A DNA stretch of 24,260 nucleotides from a phage, in assembly GCA_018175035.1 (NCBI GenBank), contig GCA_018175035.1_4099.4; one strand, written 5' to 3'. This document shows positions 10,047-18,764 of this stretch, one piece after another (the stretch's first letter is position 1; the number at the start of each line of letters is the position of its first letter). The notes beneath the pieces are model-generated. The model was not told the origin of the DNA. It saw only the letters and a list, made by a program, of their open reading frames with translations, and did not search any database. The position numbers were made by a program, and so were the translations under genes.

Positions 10047-10343
10047 TTAATTATTAGAAAGAACAATTTTTGAAACTGGTAAATCTGTATTATTTACACG
10101 TTGTTCATTATATCCATTCTGTACAAGAATGTCAATAACTTTAGACTTATCAATTGTAAATGATTCTAACATATCATATCGGTAATAACCAATAGTCTGA
10201 CTGAACTCATATTTTCCTGGCTGTTGACGACAACACGTATTTGTTTCAGCCATAATCTTATTGATTAGGTAATATGTTTCAGTACTATCAATATTTGGAA
10301 TATAGATCTTATCATCAAAATGAATTACTTCATGTTTATTCAT
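10047..10343 (-). CDS. hypothetical protein (start moved from GTG to the first ATG)
   Basis: Track ORF 10047..10406 starts at GTG and overlaps the upstream gene by 70 nt; the first ATG is at 10343. Confidence 0.55.
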   Translation of the reverse strand: MNKHEVIHFDDKIYIPNIDSTETYYLINKIMAETNTCCRQQPGKYEFSQTIGYYRYDMLESFTIDKSKVIDILVQNGYNEQRVNNTDLPVSKIVLSNN

Positions 10344-10605
10344 AGAGTGATTCAATCTCCGCTTTAAGAATGGAAATAATCTCTTTCTGAAGGCCAGTAA
10401 TTTCACTGTTCAAAGATGATAGTCGCTTCGATAATGCCATGAATTGCTTTGCATCTTCTTTAGAACGGTCATTTCGTACTTTATCAGAACTCCAGTTAGC
10501 ATATGATTGCTCATCTTTCCTGTTAAGGATATCCCAGTCTAAACGTACTAGTTTACGTTCTTTCTTCAGTTCGCTTAAGCGAGATTTCATTTCTTCTTTA
10601 GTCAT
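10336..10605 (-). CDS. hypothetical protein, predicted coiled coil
   Basis: Track ORF, ATG start, SD AAAGGAA; K/E/L-rich heptad-like sequence. Confidence 0.7.
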   Translation of the reverse strand: MTKEEMKSRLSELKKERKLVRLDWDILNRKDEQSYANWSSDKVRNDRSKEDAKQFMALSKRLSSLNSEITGLQKEIISILKAEIESLYE

Positions 10606-10895
10606 TAAATTGTTCCTTTCATGAAGTCTGGAATAACGATTACGATAGGAGGATTATACTCTACATAACCATTTTTTGTCAATAGACTTTTAATATCTGA
10701 AATCACATTATCATGCTGTTCAATATCTTTATCACAAAAGATTTCCAATTCTTTCTGAAACGGTTTTTTAACCGAGATGTTTTGAGTCAGTGTTTGGATT
10801 CTCTGTAACATATCAATTGGATCTGGACTGAACTCATTACCAACATAAAGAGTACCAGATGCATCTTTTTCTAGCAAGACTTCTAAAATTTTCAT
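10605..10895 (-). CDS. hypothetical protein
   Basis: Track ORF, ATG start, ATGA overlap with the upstream gene. Confidence 0.7.
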   Translation of the reverse strand: MKILEVLLEKDASGTLYVGNEFSPDPIDMLQRIQTLTQNISVKKPFQKELEIFCDKDIEQHDNVISDIKSLLTKNGYVEYNPPIVIVIPDFMKGTI

Positions 10896-11722
10896 TTCTT
10901 ATCCTTCAATTTACTAAAGTTTTCTCGTGTAAATCCAGGAACTGGAAAATATACATCACAGTCAACATCAGGATTAATAATTATCATGTCATTACATATT
11001 ATATCACGAATTTTACTACCGTCCACGATTTTTTGCATTAAATCATTCCATTTTTTACGAGAAACAACGAATGTACTAATTATACATAAATCATGTCCAC
11101 GTTTTGAAATATATCCTAATACTTCATTATCGTAAACAACACGTATGGTAACTTTTCCAATTGTTACCCCTCTTACTGGATTAATACTAGTATCTTCAAA
11201 AATTAATTCTAATTTAAGTTTACCATTTGAAATAAGTGATGAAGTATATTTAGAAACCATTTTATCAATTTCTTGAGTCAAATCATCTCTACCTAGATAT
11301 TCAAATACAGAATAAGTTAATTCGTCTGCACCTAACTGTTGGATAGTTGGAAGCTGGGCAACCATATCTAAAGATACAGGTTCGATATATATTCTTTCAA
11401 TATCAGACGATTGTATAAATAGACAACCATCAGGTGTCGTATCTCTAACAATTTCGGCATAATATGTATAAAGATAAAAAACATTAGACTCTGATGAGTC
11501 AGTTTCTACCCAAATCTCAGATTGTTTCATTTCATCTTTATGAAGAATTCGTTGAGTAAATCCTATGTAAAAACCAAGATATAAATCATCATCAGTTTCA
11601 AACGGATTAAACATCAAATACGGATATTTGTCAAGGTACTCATTGAACTTACGCTGCACATCTCTATCACAATCCATGATATACTTTCGGAATTCAGAAA
11701 TGATTATTTTTTCTAATGACAT
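10892..11722 (-). CDS. hypothetical protein (start moved from TTG to ATG)
   Basis: Track ORF starts at TTG at 11728; the ATG at 11722 is preceded by GAGGA plus 6 nt. Confidence 0.7.
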   Translation of the reverse strand: MSLEKIIISEFRKYIMDCDRDVQRKFNEYLDKYPYLMFNPFETDDDLYLGFYIGFTQRILHKDEMKQSEIWVETDSSESNVFYLYTYYAEIVRDTTPDGCLFIQSSDIERIYIEPVSLDMVAQLPTIQQLGADELTYSVFEYLGRDDLTQEIDKMVSKYTSSLISNGKLKLELIFEDTSINPVRGVTIGKVTIRVVYDNEVLGYISKRGHDLCIISTFVVSRKKWNDLMQKIVDGSKIRDIICNDMIIINPDVDCDVYFPVPGFTRENFSKLKDKK

Positions 11723-11724
11723 AA

Positions 11725-11922
11725 TCAATCCTCAAGATGCATGTAGTACATAAACATCGCCAACCATATAAAAAAGCCGAAACAACGAAGTAAAATATCA
11801 ATTGTTGGATCTGTCCCACCATTAACTTGGTAAACGATTACTGGGATTAAAGCAATAGTAAGAGACACAGCACATAAGATGAATGCAACAAACACCTCAA
11901 ACATAAACTTAATCGTTTCCAT
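11725..11922 (-). CDS. small hydrophobic (likely membrane) protein
   Basis: Track ORF, ATG start, SD GAAGGA; two hydrophobic segments. Confidence 0.65.
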   Translation of the reverse strand: METIKFMFEVFVAFILCAVSLTIALIPVIVYQVNGGTDPTIDILLRCFGFFIWLAMFMYYMHLED

Positions 11923-12481
11923 TATTATCCTTCAGTGTGTAGTGTAGTACATCTAAAAAGTTATACATTGATTCATTACGCATAACCTTGATTGTTAAAT
12001 TACGACAACCCAACATACGTTTGAGGCGACGCTTCACCGCAGTTAAATCATGTGTACTATTCGTATACAGACCATTAACCTGACCTGGAACAGTTGGCAC
12101 ATGAAGAATGTAATCATAATTCATTAGTAAGCGTTGATTATATTTCTTTAATGCTTGCTTGTATTCTGAAATATTTTCAAAGAATGTACAATAACGGTCG
12201 TAACGATTCATTTTATTCAAAATTGAAATACGAAAAGCGTTACCACTATTCCAATCATCTTCAGTTGGGTTTGGGTTGATATGTGCCATGTTAGCTGTAC
12301 TGTACCCACCACTTGTGAAAACTTCAGAATATCCATTCTCAAAAACATACAATGTTGCTTTGTGGCCTCTGAATTCTTTACGGTACTTTGACAGTACTTG
12401 GATGTGATTACGCTTGGACTTGTACATTTCGTAACCTTCATAATCTGAACTGAATTCACAAATTTTATCAACACCAGCCAT
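11909..12481 (-). CDS. hypothetical protein
   Basis: Track ORF, ATG start, SD GAGGA plus 8 nt. Confidence 0.7.
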   Translation of the reverse strand: MAGVDKICEFSSDYEGYEMYKSKRNHIQVLSKYRKEFRGHKATLYVFENGYSEVFTSGGYSTANMAHINPNPTEDDWNSGNAFRISILNKMNRYDRYCTFFENISEYKQALKKYNQRLLMNYDYILHVPTVPGQVNGLYTNSTHDLTAVKRRLKRMLGCRNLTIKVMRNESMYNFLDVLHYTLKDNNGND

Positions 12482-12513
12482 TTCGTATATCCTCGTTTAA
12501 TTAATATAGGAGT

Positions 12514-12542
12514 ATTATACATACTCCATTTTCATGTGTCAA
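12514..12542 (-). promoter_or_regulatory. consensus sigma70 promoter TTGACA-N17-TATAAT; the -10 lies in a 7-bp stem (GGAGTAT/ATACTCC)
   Basis: Minus strand: TTGACA CATGAAAATGGAGTATG TATAAT ACTCC; the TGA inside TTGACA is the stop codon of the small ORF 12539..12682. Confidence 0.6.
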
Positions 12543-12682
12543 GCTTTATAATACGGAAGACTTTTTACTAAAGATTCAGACGTATTATTTTTTACCCATG
12601 TACTACCGTTGTCATTAGATACGTATCCAGTACCATTAATAAATTTACGCATAATACCAGTAAAAATATTAGTATACACCAT
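12539..12682 (-). CDS. small hypothetical protein (47 aa), not in the track
   Basis: Manual translation: MVYTNIFTGIMRKFINGTGYVSNDNGSTWVKNNTSESLVKSLPYYKA; TAATG overlap with the upstream gene; AGGA 9 nt upstream. Confidence 0.4.
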   Translation of the reverse strand: MVYTNIFTGIMRKFINGTGYVSNDNGSTWVKNNTSESLVKSLPYYKA

Positions 12683-12852
12683 TACTCAGTATCCTTTGGT
12701 TTAGAATGTAAACCATACTTTTCATCATAACGATCATAGGTAGTACCATTAGTACTAGCTTTGATGCTTTCAGTACGATTGATTGGTTCAATCTTAACAC
12801 CACGATAACCAATCTCTTCTTTAAATTGTTCCCATGATTCACGTAAACTCAT
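12682..12852 (-). CDS. hypothetical protein (start moved from GTG to ATG)
   Basis: Track ORF starts at GTG at 12879; the ATG at 12852 (MSLRESW...) is preceded by AAAGGGG plus 5 nt. Confidence 0.55.
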   Translation of the reverse strand: MSLRESWEQFKEEIGYRGVKIEPINRTESIKASTNGTTYDRYDEKYGLHSKPKDTE

Positions 12853-12866
12853 TTTAGCCCCTTTTG

Positions 12867-13010
12867 TTATTTCATACACTCACGTAGGTCAATCTTTTCT
12901 ACTGACCCACCGAGCACTAGATAGTGAAAATTAGAATCTTTGTTTGCCATATTCAAAAGATCTGCTTTCTGTTGAAGCGTAAAGCGTGAAGTACTGTTAC
13001 GTACTGGCAT
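12867..13010 (-). CDS. small hypothetical protein (47 aa), not in the track
   Basis: Manual translation: MPVRNSTSRFTLQQKADLLNMANKDSNFHYLVLGGSVEKIDLRECMK; SD AGGAG plus 5 nt. Confidence 0.5.
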   Translation of the reverse strand: MPVRNSTSRFTLQQKADLLNMANKDSNFHYLVLGGSVEKIDLRECMK

Positions 13011-13012
13011 AG

Positions 13013-13456
13013 TTACTCCTTAAAGTAGATATCACGAATTTGTTTAATCATCTCTAACTCTTGAAGTCCTATCATACCGAAGTTTTCTTGCACTGTCAAC
13101 TGTTGGAAGTACATTTCCTCTAAATTATTATAAGGAATATCCACTAATGATAAAGGAACACTTTCACCACGGTATAGCAGATCTTCAACGAAAAGTTTTA
13201 AAATCATGATAGAAAATGAATCTTTTTGGATATGAAATTTGTAAAATGTTTGGTTAGTACTGAACATTGTATTTGATGGATTGAAACCCATTTCAACAAA
13301 TACTGTATCTTTATCATTATGTGTGACATATGTACATCTTGAATTCGCAAGAACTTTAGATTTTGGGAAATAAAAATCACCCATCAACTTCTGTCGTTTC
13401 CAATCCTCGTATACAACTGGATGCTTAACCTTCTTCAATTGGTGCAGTACTGTCAT
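13013..13456 (-). CDS. hypothetical protein, FQxST-motif family
   Basis: Track ORF, ATG start; LEEMYFQQLTVQEN. Confidence 0.7.
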   Translation of the reverse strand: MTVLHQLKKVKHPVVYEDWKRQKLMGDFYFPKSKVLANSRCTYVTHNDKDTVFVEMGFNPSNTMFSTNQTFYKFHIQKDSFSIMILKLFVEDLLYRGESVPLSLVDIPYNNLEEMYFQQLTVQENFGMIGLQELEMIKQIRDIYFKE

Positions 13457-13836
13457 AGTTTTTTCCAGTCCAATGAATCGAAATCGATTTGCTCAGGATT
13501 ATCAACAGCGACAACTCGTGCATTATGAAGAGTTTCAAAGTAGCCGTTCCACGGTGTTCGTAATGGAACTGTCACATCGCCAACTTTAACCAAGAATGAA
13601 TATTCTGGTGATATTGGGTCAAACCACTCTTTTTGTTTAGCATTTTCAACGATAGTTTCGTGTTCTTTAGTATAGCAATTATCTTGCTTCATATAAAACA
13701 CCCAATGCTCTTTTAGGCACTGTAAAGCAGCAACTGCTTCCTCTTTAGAAGACCATTGAATATCAATTGTATTAAGAACGTCATAACAATTTTCAGTGTC
13801 CCCTGTAGTGTAATGTACTTCAATGCTGTATTTCAT
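13453..13836 (-). CDS. hypothetical protein
   Basis: Track ORF, ATG start, ATGA coupling. Confidence 0.7.
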   Translation of the reverse strand: MKYSIEVHYTTGDTENCYDVLNTIDIQWSSKEEAVAALQCLKEHWVFYMKQDNCYTKEHETIVENAKQKEWFDPISPEYSFLVKVGDVTVPLRTPWNGYFETLHNARVVAVDNPEQIDFDSLDWKKL

Positions 13837-14291
13837 TAATCATCGCCTTTTAGTAATTTACAAATTTCAATCATATGATAATAACATGTATTCCAAAATT
13901 GTCCATTAGTACTTCCAACATCATGCACAGTACTTTGTTGGAAAACATATTCATCGTTGAACATCATTTTAATATCATCAATGTAAAATTCTGGTTTTGA
14001 ATCATTATTGTATTCAATACTCGTTTCACCATCTGGATCAAGTGAAATTGATGATATGTCGTGAATTCCTCTCGGATTTGTTGGATAAATTCTCAACGTA
14101 AGAGGATAGAAGTCTGGATCGGTTTCATAAGTATATTCGATTATGTAATAACCATCACCAGTAATTGATTGATATTTAAATGTAGTTTCAATTGAATTTG
14201 AGATGTTAAATCCCAGTTTCTTTATCTCATGTAGATGTGATAATATTTTATGTAAAGATCCTAAAACATGAATCAAATTATCAATTTTCAT
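13836..14291 (-). CDS. hypothetical protein, FQxST-motif family
   Basis: Track ORF, ATG start; NDEYVFQQSTVHDV. Confidence 0.7.
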   Translation of the reverse strand: MKIDNLIHVLGSLHKILSHLHEIKKLGFNISNSIETTFKYQSITGDGYYIIEYTYETDPDFYPLTLRIYPTNPRGIHDISSISLDPDGETSIEYNNDSKPEFYIDDIKMMFNDEYVFQQSTVHDVGSTNGQFWNTCYYHMIEICKLLKGDD

Positions 14292-14803
14292 TTACGATCC
14301 TTTGAAAAGTTCAGTTTAAAAGTTTTACCAAATTCCATTGTAGCTTTACCCAGATTGTTAATATTTTCTTTCAACATTTCTTGCATCTTCCTAATACTTT
14401 CAATCCAGGCTTCTTCTTCGATACGAAGAATTGGTCGCAATCGTTCCTGAATATCGTTAAAACGTGTATTGAGTTCAACCAATGATTCATATGTGAAATC
14501 TTTCATATCGATAATAGTACTTCTTTGAAAGAATTCTTCTTCAGACAAATTACTTAAAATGATTTTATCACGACCAATAGATAATGTCAATTCATCATCT
14601 TTATTTTTTTTAATTACAATACTGATAGGTGTTTTTAATGTAATGCAAATATCATGATTATTAAATGTTTCAGTTTGGTTTGACATTCTGAATTGAAGTT
14701 TCCCAGATAAAGCATGTACTGGTGATGGTTGCTTTTTACCAGTAATAACATCTTCCCATGAATCGAGAATATTATTAATAATTTTAACATAAGGAATTGG
14801 CAT
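14288..14803 (-). CDS. hypothetical protein, FQxST-motif family (start moved from TTG to ATG)
   Basis: Track ORF starts at TTG at 14830; the ATG at 14803 is preceded by AGGTG plus 5 nt; SEEEFFQRSTIIDM. Confidence 0.7.
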   Translation of the reverse strand: MPIPYVKIINNILDSWEDVITGKKQPSPVHALSGKLQFRMSNQTETFNNHDICITLKTPISIVIKKNKDDELTLSIGRDKIILSNLSEEEFFQRSTIIDMKDFTYESLVELNTRFNDIQERLRPILRIEEEAWIESIRKMQEMLKENINNLGKATMEFGKTFKLNFSKDRK

Positions 14804-14816
14804 ATATGCACCTATG

Positions 14817-14839
14817 AAAAATCCACGCAATGCGTGGAT
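14817..14839 (-). terminator. rho-independent terminator-like hairpin (GC-rich 8-bp stem plus U4)
   Basis: Minus strand: AUCCACGCA-U-UGCGUGGAU then UUUU; between the stop of 14846..15376 and the SD of 14288..14803. Confidence 0.5.
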
Positions 14840-14845
14840 TTGTAA

Positions 14846-15376
14846 TTATTCAAGTATAGTAATTTCAATTAAACGAATTTCGATAAACTCGTTTTCAGTT
14901 TCCCATGACGTGCCAAATTTCTTTTCAAGTTCAGATTTCACATCACTTTTAAATTTTCCCATAGTATTAGGAATAATTTGTTTGGTTAATTTGTCATAAC
15001 CACAATAAAACATAGGTTTCTCCCTTCGAGATATTAGCTGAACAAAATCTTTTGGATATGCAGGTATGTTATGCATCACTTCATGAATACACTCAGTACT
15101 TGAATCTTGTACTTTGTACATTACATTAAGTTTACCTCTGAAATTTGCGGTCATATCAACAATAGTTCCTTTACCCGATTTAAGTAAAGTTCCATTCTTT
15201 GAATGAGAGCAATAAAATACCTCATCACCAATATTAGGATAATACAAATTAAATTCTAATTCAGATTTTACAGCCAGCCGTTTGAAACTTTCTGTACGTT
15301 TTATATAAGTTTGGTGTTTGTTTATGTTCAAAAGAATATATCTCGTAGTAAGTGTGATATAACTGGCATAGTCCAT
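14846..15376 (-). CDS. hypothetical protein (start overlaps the methyltransferase 3' end by 49 nt)
   Basis: Track ORF with ATG start; no alternative internal ATG nearby. Confidence 0.55.
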   Translation of the reverse strand: MDYASYITLTTRYILLNINKHQTYIKRTESFKRLAVKSELEFNLYYPNIGDEVFYCSHSKNGTLLKSGKGTIVDMTANFRGKLNVMYKVQDSSTECIHEVMHNIPAYPKDFVQLISRREKPMFYCGYDKLTKQIIPNTMGKFKSDVKSELEKKFGTSWETENEFIEIRLIEITILE

Positions 15377-17217
15377 CCATTCCCAAGCATTTTGTATGCT
15401 TGTGTTGAACTACTAACTTTGAAGTAGTTTACATCAATTCCTTGCAACATGCAACACTCTTGTACTGTTAAATGACGATAGTCCACATTTCGCTTACCAT
15501 GTTCAATAAGGAAATCCCTATCGATATCAGGTTCTTTGAAAACAATTTGTCTTCTTGATTTATTAAAGTACTGGTTACAATCACCACCCTTAAAATAGTT
15601 AGCATCTATACAGTACGAAGCGGTTCTGTCAGTGTACCAACCATCTTCAATAATATCTTGAAGTTTAGGTGCATTTGATAATGCAGGTGGTATAAAAAGT
15701 TTATCAGTACTGTACCAGTAATATCTCTGCCTGAAGTGAGGCGTATAATGCTGGGAATTTATCAGTACTGGTGTCATCTCAAGAACACTATTAATGTATT
15801 GCTTGAAATCTTCTTTCATCTTAACATTCTCAAAGAGAACTTTCAAGTTAGGATTTAAACTTTTTATGTGTTGGTAGATATCAACCATCGTGTGAAACAA
15901 CATTCCACGTGGGTCATTTATACCACCCTGTTTACCAGCAACTGACCATGCTTGACAATTGTGAACAACTATATTATTTGCAGTGTACGTGTTATCAACA
16001 GCAACTTCAAAATTATATACAGTTTTCCATTCTCCAGTATGAGTGCTAGTTTTTACACCTTTAACCCACGAATAATTTTTGTCATAAAAAGCTTCCTCTT
16101 TTTTCGGTTGGTCTTTTTTATATGACAAAACATAATAAGGTTTTTGGTTAACAACTCGATTTTCAATAACTTTGGTATTCTCTGGTTGAGTATAGCTTAT
16201 ATTGGAATGCCTTCCATATACGTTCATTATCAATTGTTGAATACCCAATACACAGTTTATTGATGTTGTAGTGAATTTATAACATCCACTATCAATATGT
16301 CCATCAGCGTCAAAGTAACCATCAAGAAATGCTTTTTGGTTTTTTATGCATTCCGTGAATAGTTCTGGGTGTACTTGTTTGTTAGAAGCACCCTTTCCCA
16401 TTTGTTCACAAAATTCAACCAGATCTTTTGAACATATATAAAATTTATATGAAGTTCTTTCTTTAACATAATTATATTTCATATTCATACCATCAAAACA
16501 TGAAACTAATTCATTAAATTCGTCATGTGCACAACAGATGAAAACTCTATATTGGTAACTATTGGTTCTATTGTTACGTTTTACTTTATATGTCCATCCA
16601 TCACCCATAAAGCGACCCATAAAATACCAGAATTTTTCATCTTTCGTTGATTTGTTAGATTCAACTGATTTAACATTACACAGAAAATGGTCATATGTCA
16701 AATCATGTGCCTCTACCCATTCTGGTTCAGAAAAATGACGTTCATATTGTCTAATGTTGTTATTCCACATAGACGTCATTTTTCTTGAATAAAAGGGATG
16801 ATTATCGGTACATTCAATTGGAAGGTGACCTTGACCTGTAATAATACGAGTGGGAGCATTTTTAACACCAGTACTCAAAACTGGATGATATTTACCAGTA
16901 TGTGTCAGTACCATGTCACCAACTTGAATGTCTTTTATATCTTTATGACCTTTGTCTGTCATAATCATGGTTCCTGCTGGGAAGCATGGAAATCCACCCA
17001 TTAATAAATCTATTTTATCCCACTCAATATCCCATTCTCTCCATTTAGTTACATCACCCAATTGGGTGATATCAGGAAAGTTAGCTTGAGATTCAGCTAT
17101 TGCGTACTTGTCAATTTCGGATGAATAATATTTTTCAACAGGGATACCAGCATCTTTTAATGCCATGTATCCAACACTCATCCCATTAAAAAGAGATAGT
17201 ACTCGGATAGGTTTCAT
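15328..17217 (-). CDS. DNA (cytosine-5)-methyltransferase precursor interrupted by an intein
   Basis: Motif I LSLFNGMSVG; GGFP (res 74-77) then, after 343 aa, CQAWSVAGKQGG, which rejoins to the PCQ motif; motif VI LFENV; C-terminal LTVQECCMLQG and LGNGWTMPVISHL. ATG start, SD AAAGGA. Predicted spliced extein about 286 aa. Confidence 0.85.
   Translation of the reverse strand: MKPIRVLSLFNGMSVGYMALKDAGIPVEKYYSSEIDKYAIAESQANFPDITQLGDVTKWREWDIEWDKIDLLMGGFPCFPAGTMIMTDKGHKDIKDIQVGDMVLTHTGKYHPVLSTGVKNAPTRIITGQGHLPIECTDNHPFYSRKMTSMWNNNIRQYERHFSEPEWVEAHDLTYDHFLCNVKSVESNKSTKDEKFWYFMGRFMGDGWTYKVKRNNRTNSYQYRVFICCAHDEFNELVSCFDGMNMKYNYVKERTSYKFYICSKDLVEFCEQMGKGASNKQVHPELFTECIKNQKAFLDGYFDADGHIDSGCYKFTTTSINCVLGIQQLIMNVYGRHSNISYTQPENTKVIENRVVNQKPYYVLSYKKDQPKKEEAFYDKNYSWVKGVKTSTHTGEWKTVYNFEVAVDNTYTANNIVVHNCQAWSVAGKQGGINDPRGMLFHTMVDIYQHIKSLNPNLKVLFENVKMKEDFKQYINSVLEMTPVLINSQHYTPHFRQRYYWYSTDKLFIPPALSNAPKLQDIIEDGWYTDRTASYCIDANYFKGGDCNQYFNKSRRQIVFKEPDIDRDFLIEHGKRNVDYRHLTVQECCMLQGIDVNYFKVSSSTQAYKMLGNGWTMPVISHLLRDIFF
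15958..16986 (-). mobile_element. Intein (343 aa) with LAGLIDADG homing-endonuclease motifs, inserted before the catalytic Cys of the PCQ motif
   Basis: N-terminal block CFPAGTMIMTDKG...; C-terminal ...NNIVVHN followed by +1 Cys; internal FMGRFMGDGW and KAFLDGYFDADGHI. Codon boundaries checked against the nucleotide sequence (TGC at 16986-16984, AAT at 15960-15958, TGT +1 at 15957-15955). Confidence 0.8.
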
Positions 17218-17245
17218 ATAAAATCCTTTTTATATTGTTAAGGTA

Positions 17246-17263
17246 CTATAATATATTATAGCA
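17246..17263 (-). promoter_or_regulatory. Extended -10 promoter element (TGC-TATAAT) inside a 16-bp perfect palindrome CTATAATATATTATAG, upstream of the methyltransferase
   Basis: Palindrome read directly at 17246-17261; minus strand reads TGCTATAAT; the -35 is weak; about 30 nt upstream of the methyltransferase ATG. Confidence 0.45.
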
Positions 17264-17269
17264 TCTTAT

Positions 17270-17521
17270 TTAGAAATCTTCCAAACTTTTTTCATCACAC
17301 CATCGTGATGTACAGATGATTGCAGATGCCAGAATTGAAGCACTTGCACGTCCTCCACCAAGTAAGTACTGGCTAATTACACCAATCATATTGAACACTT
17401 TATCATACTCGGTTAGTTGTTCAAAACCTTTCTTCCAATGCTGATATTCTTCTTCTGTGACATTAAACTCACCATCAAGTTCCTTTAAAATCTTTTTAAG
17501 CACAGCACTATGTTCACTCAT
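17270..17521 (-). CDS. hypothetical protein (start uncertain; the track start at 17560 is GTG)
   Basis: Several in-frame ATGs; the ATG at 17521 (MSEHSAVLKK...) is preceded by GGAG plus 6 nt; an acidic 25-codon upstream ORF (17514..17591, MSEKPKEPLDRDDDFYDERYGDDDE) with a strong SD overlaps it. Confidence 0.5.
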   Translation of the reverse strand: MSEHSAVLKKILKELDGEFNVTEEEYQHWKKGFEQLTEYDKVFNMIGVISQYLLGGGRASASILASAIICTSRWCDEKSLEDF

Positions 17522-17599
17522 CATCATCTCCATATCGTTCGTCATAAAAATCATCATCACGATCTAATGGTTCTTTTGGCTTTTCAGACATATATTTCC

Positions 17600-17860
17600 T
17601 CACATGGTAAAGGTATTATCACCATCCATATCTTCATCAGTTGCTTCAGCTAATGTCTTGATTGTAAGTAATCCACGCTTCACGTACAACATGAAGACCT
17701 TTTCATAATTACCAAACATAATCTCAGGTGACATGTAATTCTCTGTTACAATGACGATTGGACGGCCCTGTGAAAGCATACGAAACATAGTACGATATTT
17801 GTCAAATGTACGAAATTCATCCATGTTCATCATGTGGCGTTTACGAACTACTTTAGTCAT
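17600..17860 (-). CDS. hypothetical protein
   Basis: Track ORF, ATG start, SD AAAGGTAA. Confidence 0.7.
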   Translation of the reverse strand: MTKVVRKRHMMNMDEFRTFDKYRTMFRMLSQGRPIVIVTENYMSPEIMFGNYEKVFMLYVKRGLLTIKTLAEATDEDMDGDNTFTM

Positions 17861-17874
17861 CTTATTACCTTTAG

Positions 17875-18315
17875 TTAATTGAACTCTACTTCTGGATAAT
17901 GATTATAGAACATCTCACGAACTGCGTCAAGATGTTCTTGAAATTGTTTTATATCTTCTAATGATGGTGCATCAATAACAGTACTAAGTTGAAACAACGA
18001 TTCTTCTGTGTTATATAGTGACATATCAAATGAGTTATTGTTGTCATCAGTTATGATATTATCACAAATTTCGTAAGTGTCAATACAAACATCATCAAGT
18101 GTTGTATTATCATATACAGTGTATACGAATACAAAAATAAAAGAAGAATGTTCTTTACCATAACGCGGTGGGTCATATGTCACATAGCATTTGTGGTCAA
18201 ATGTATCGAGTTCCATAGACACCACCCCAGCTTCACGATATTCATTAGTTTCACTGGTAAGATCCGGTATTGATGTTATCGAAAGTAAGTGGAGAAATTT
18301 ACTTGGATTTAGCAT
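17875..18315 (-). CDS. hypothetical protein, FQxST-motif family
   Basis: Track ORF, ATG start; TEESLFQLSTVIDA. Confidence 0.7.
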   Translation of the reverse strand: MLNPSKFLHLLSITSIPDLTSETNEYREAGVVSMELDTFDHKCYVTYDPPRYGKEHSSFIFVFVYTVYDNTTLDDVCIDTYEICDNIITDDNNNSFDMSLYNTEESLFQLSTVIDAPSLEDIKQFQEHLDAVREMFYNHYPEVEFN

Positions 18316-18764
18316 TTCACCACCATTGGATTTTGCGACTGTATATTAAAAAGGGATAATACAAAAGTACTCAATTTTTCGAAACAATCTACTAATACAT
18401 TTAACTCATCATAACTAACACCAATTTCACGAATAAGCGATTGTTGAAAGAATCCTTCTTCGGTTAACGTTAAACTACTAACCTCAGTTATGTTATAATA
18501 ACTGTGGGATGTTGTGGTTGATATTAGTTGTATTGCAATCGTATCTGATGTTGTGTTGTACAGATATAAATATTTTGTTTTTCTTTCCAATGGATCTATA
18601 CATGAAAGATCGATCATGTCATAGGTTTTTCCAATAAAAATATTACAATCATCTGACAATTCACAACAAATGCGTATATGTTCTTTCGGGTCATGAACAC
18701 GTTGTGTGTCAAATTCACATGACATTGCAATTTCAAAATGATTTTTTATTTCGTCAACATTCAT
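18309..18764 (-). CDS. hypothetical protein, FQxST-motif family (start moved from GTG to ATG)
   Basis: Track ORF starts at GTG at 18770; ATG at 18764 with GGTGGGTG upstream; TEEGFFQQSLIREI. Confidence 0.7.
   Translation of the reverse strand: MNVDEIKNHFEIAMSCEFDTQRVHDPKEHIRICCELSDDCNIFIGKTYDMIDLSCIDPLERKTKYLYLYNTTSDTIAIQLISTTTSHSYYNITEVSSLTLTEEGFFQQSLIREIGVSYDELNVLVDCFEKLSTFVLSLFNIQSQNPMVVKC

Noticed and set aside
10653-10682. Internal TTGACA-N18-TATAAT inside CDS 10605..10895
   Set aside because: Sub-optimal 18-nt spacer and an intragenic location; plausible by chance.
11909-12481. Possible nuclease or phosphoesterase assignment for the 190-aa protein (H-x-T-like motifs)
   Set aside because: Motif matches are too loose (no clean GIY-YIG or 2H signature); left as hypothetical.
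12217-12522. Minus-strand track ORF 12217..12522 (101 aa), and similarly 19172..19387 and 5952..6152 as annotated
   Set aside because: These are alternative-frame overlaps of longer, better-supported genes (11909..12481, 19140..19544) or start at non-ATG codons; treated as artefacts or trimmed to the ATG start.
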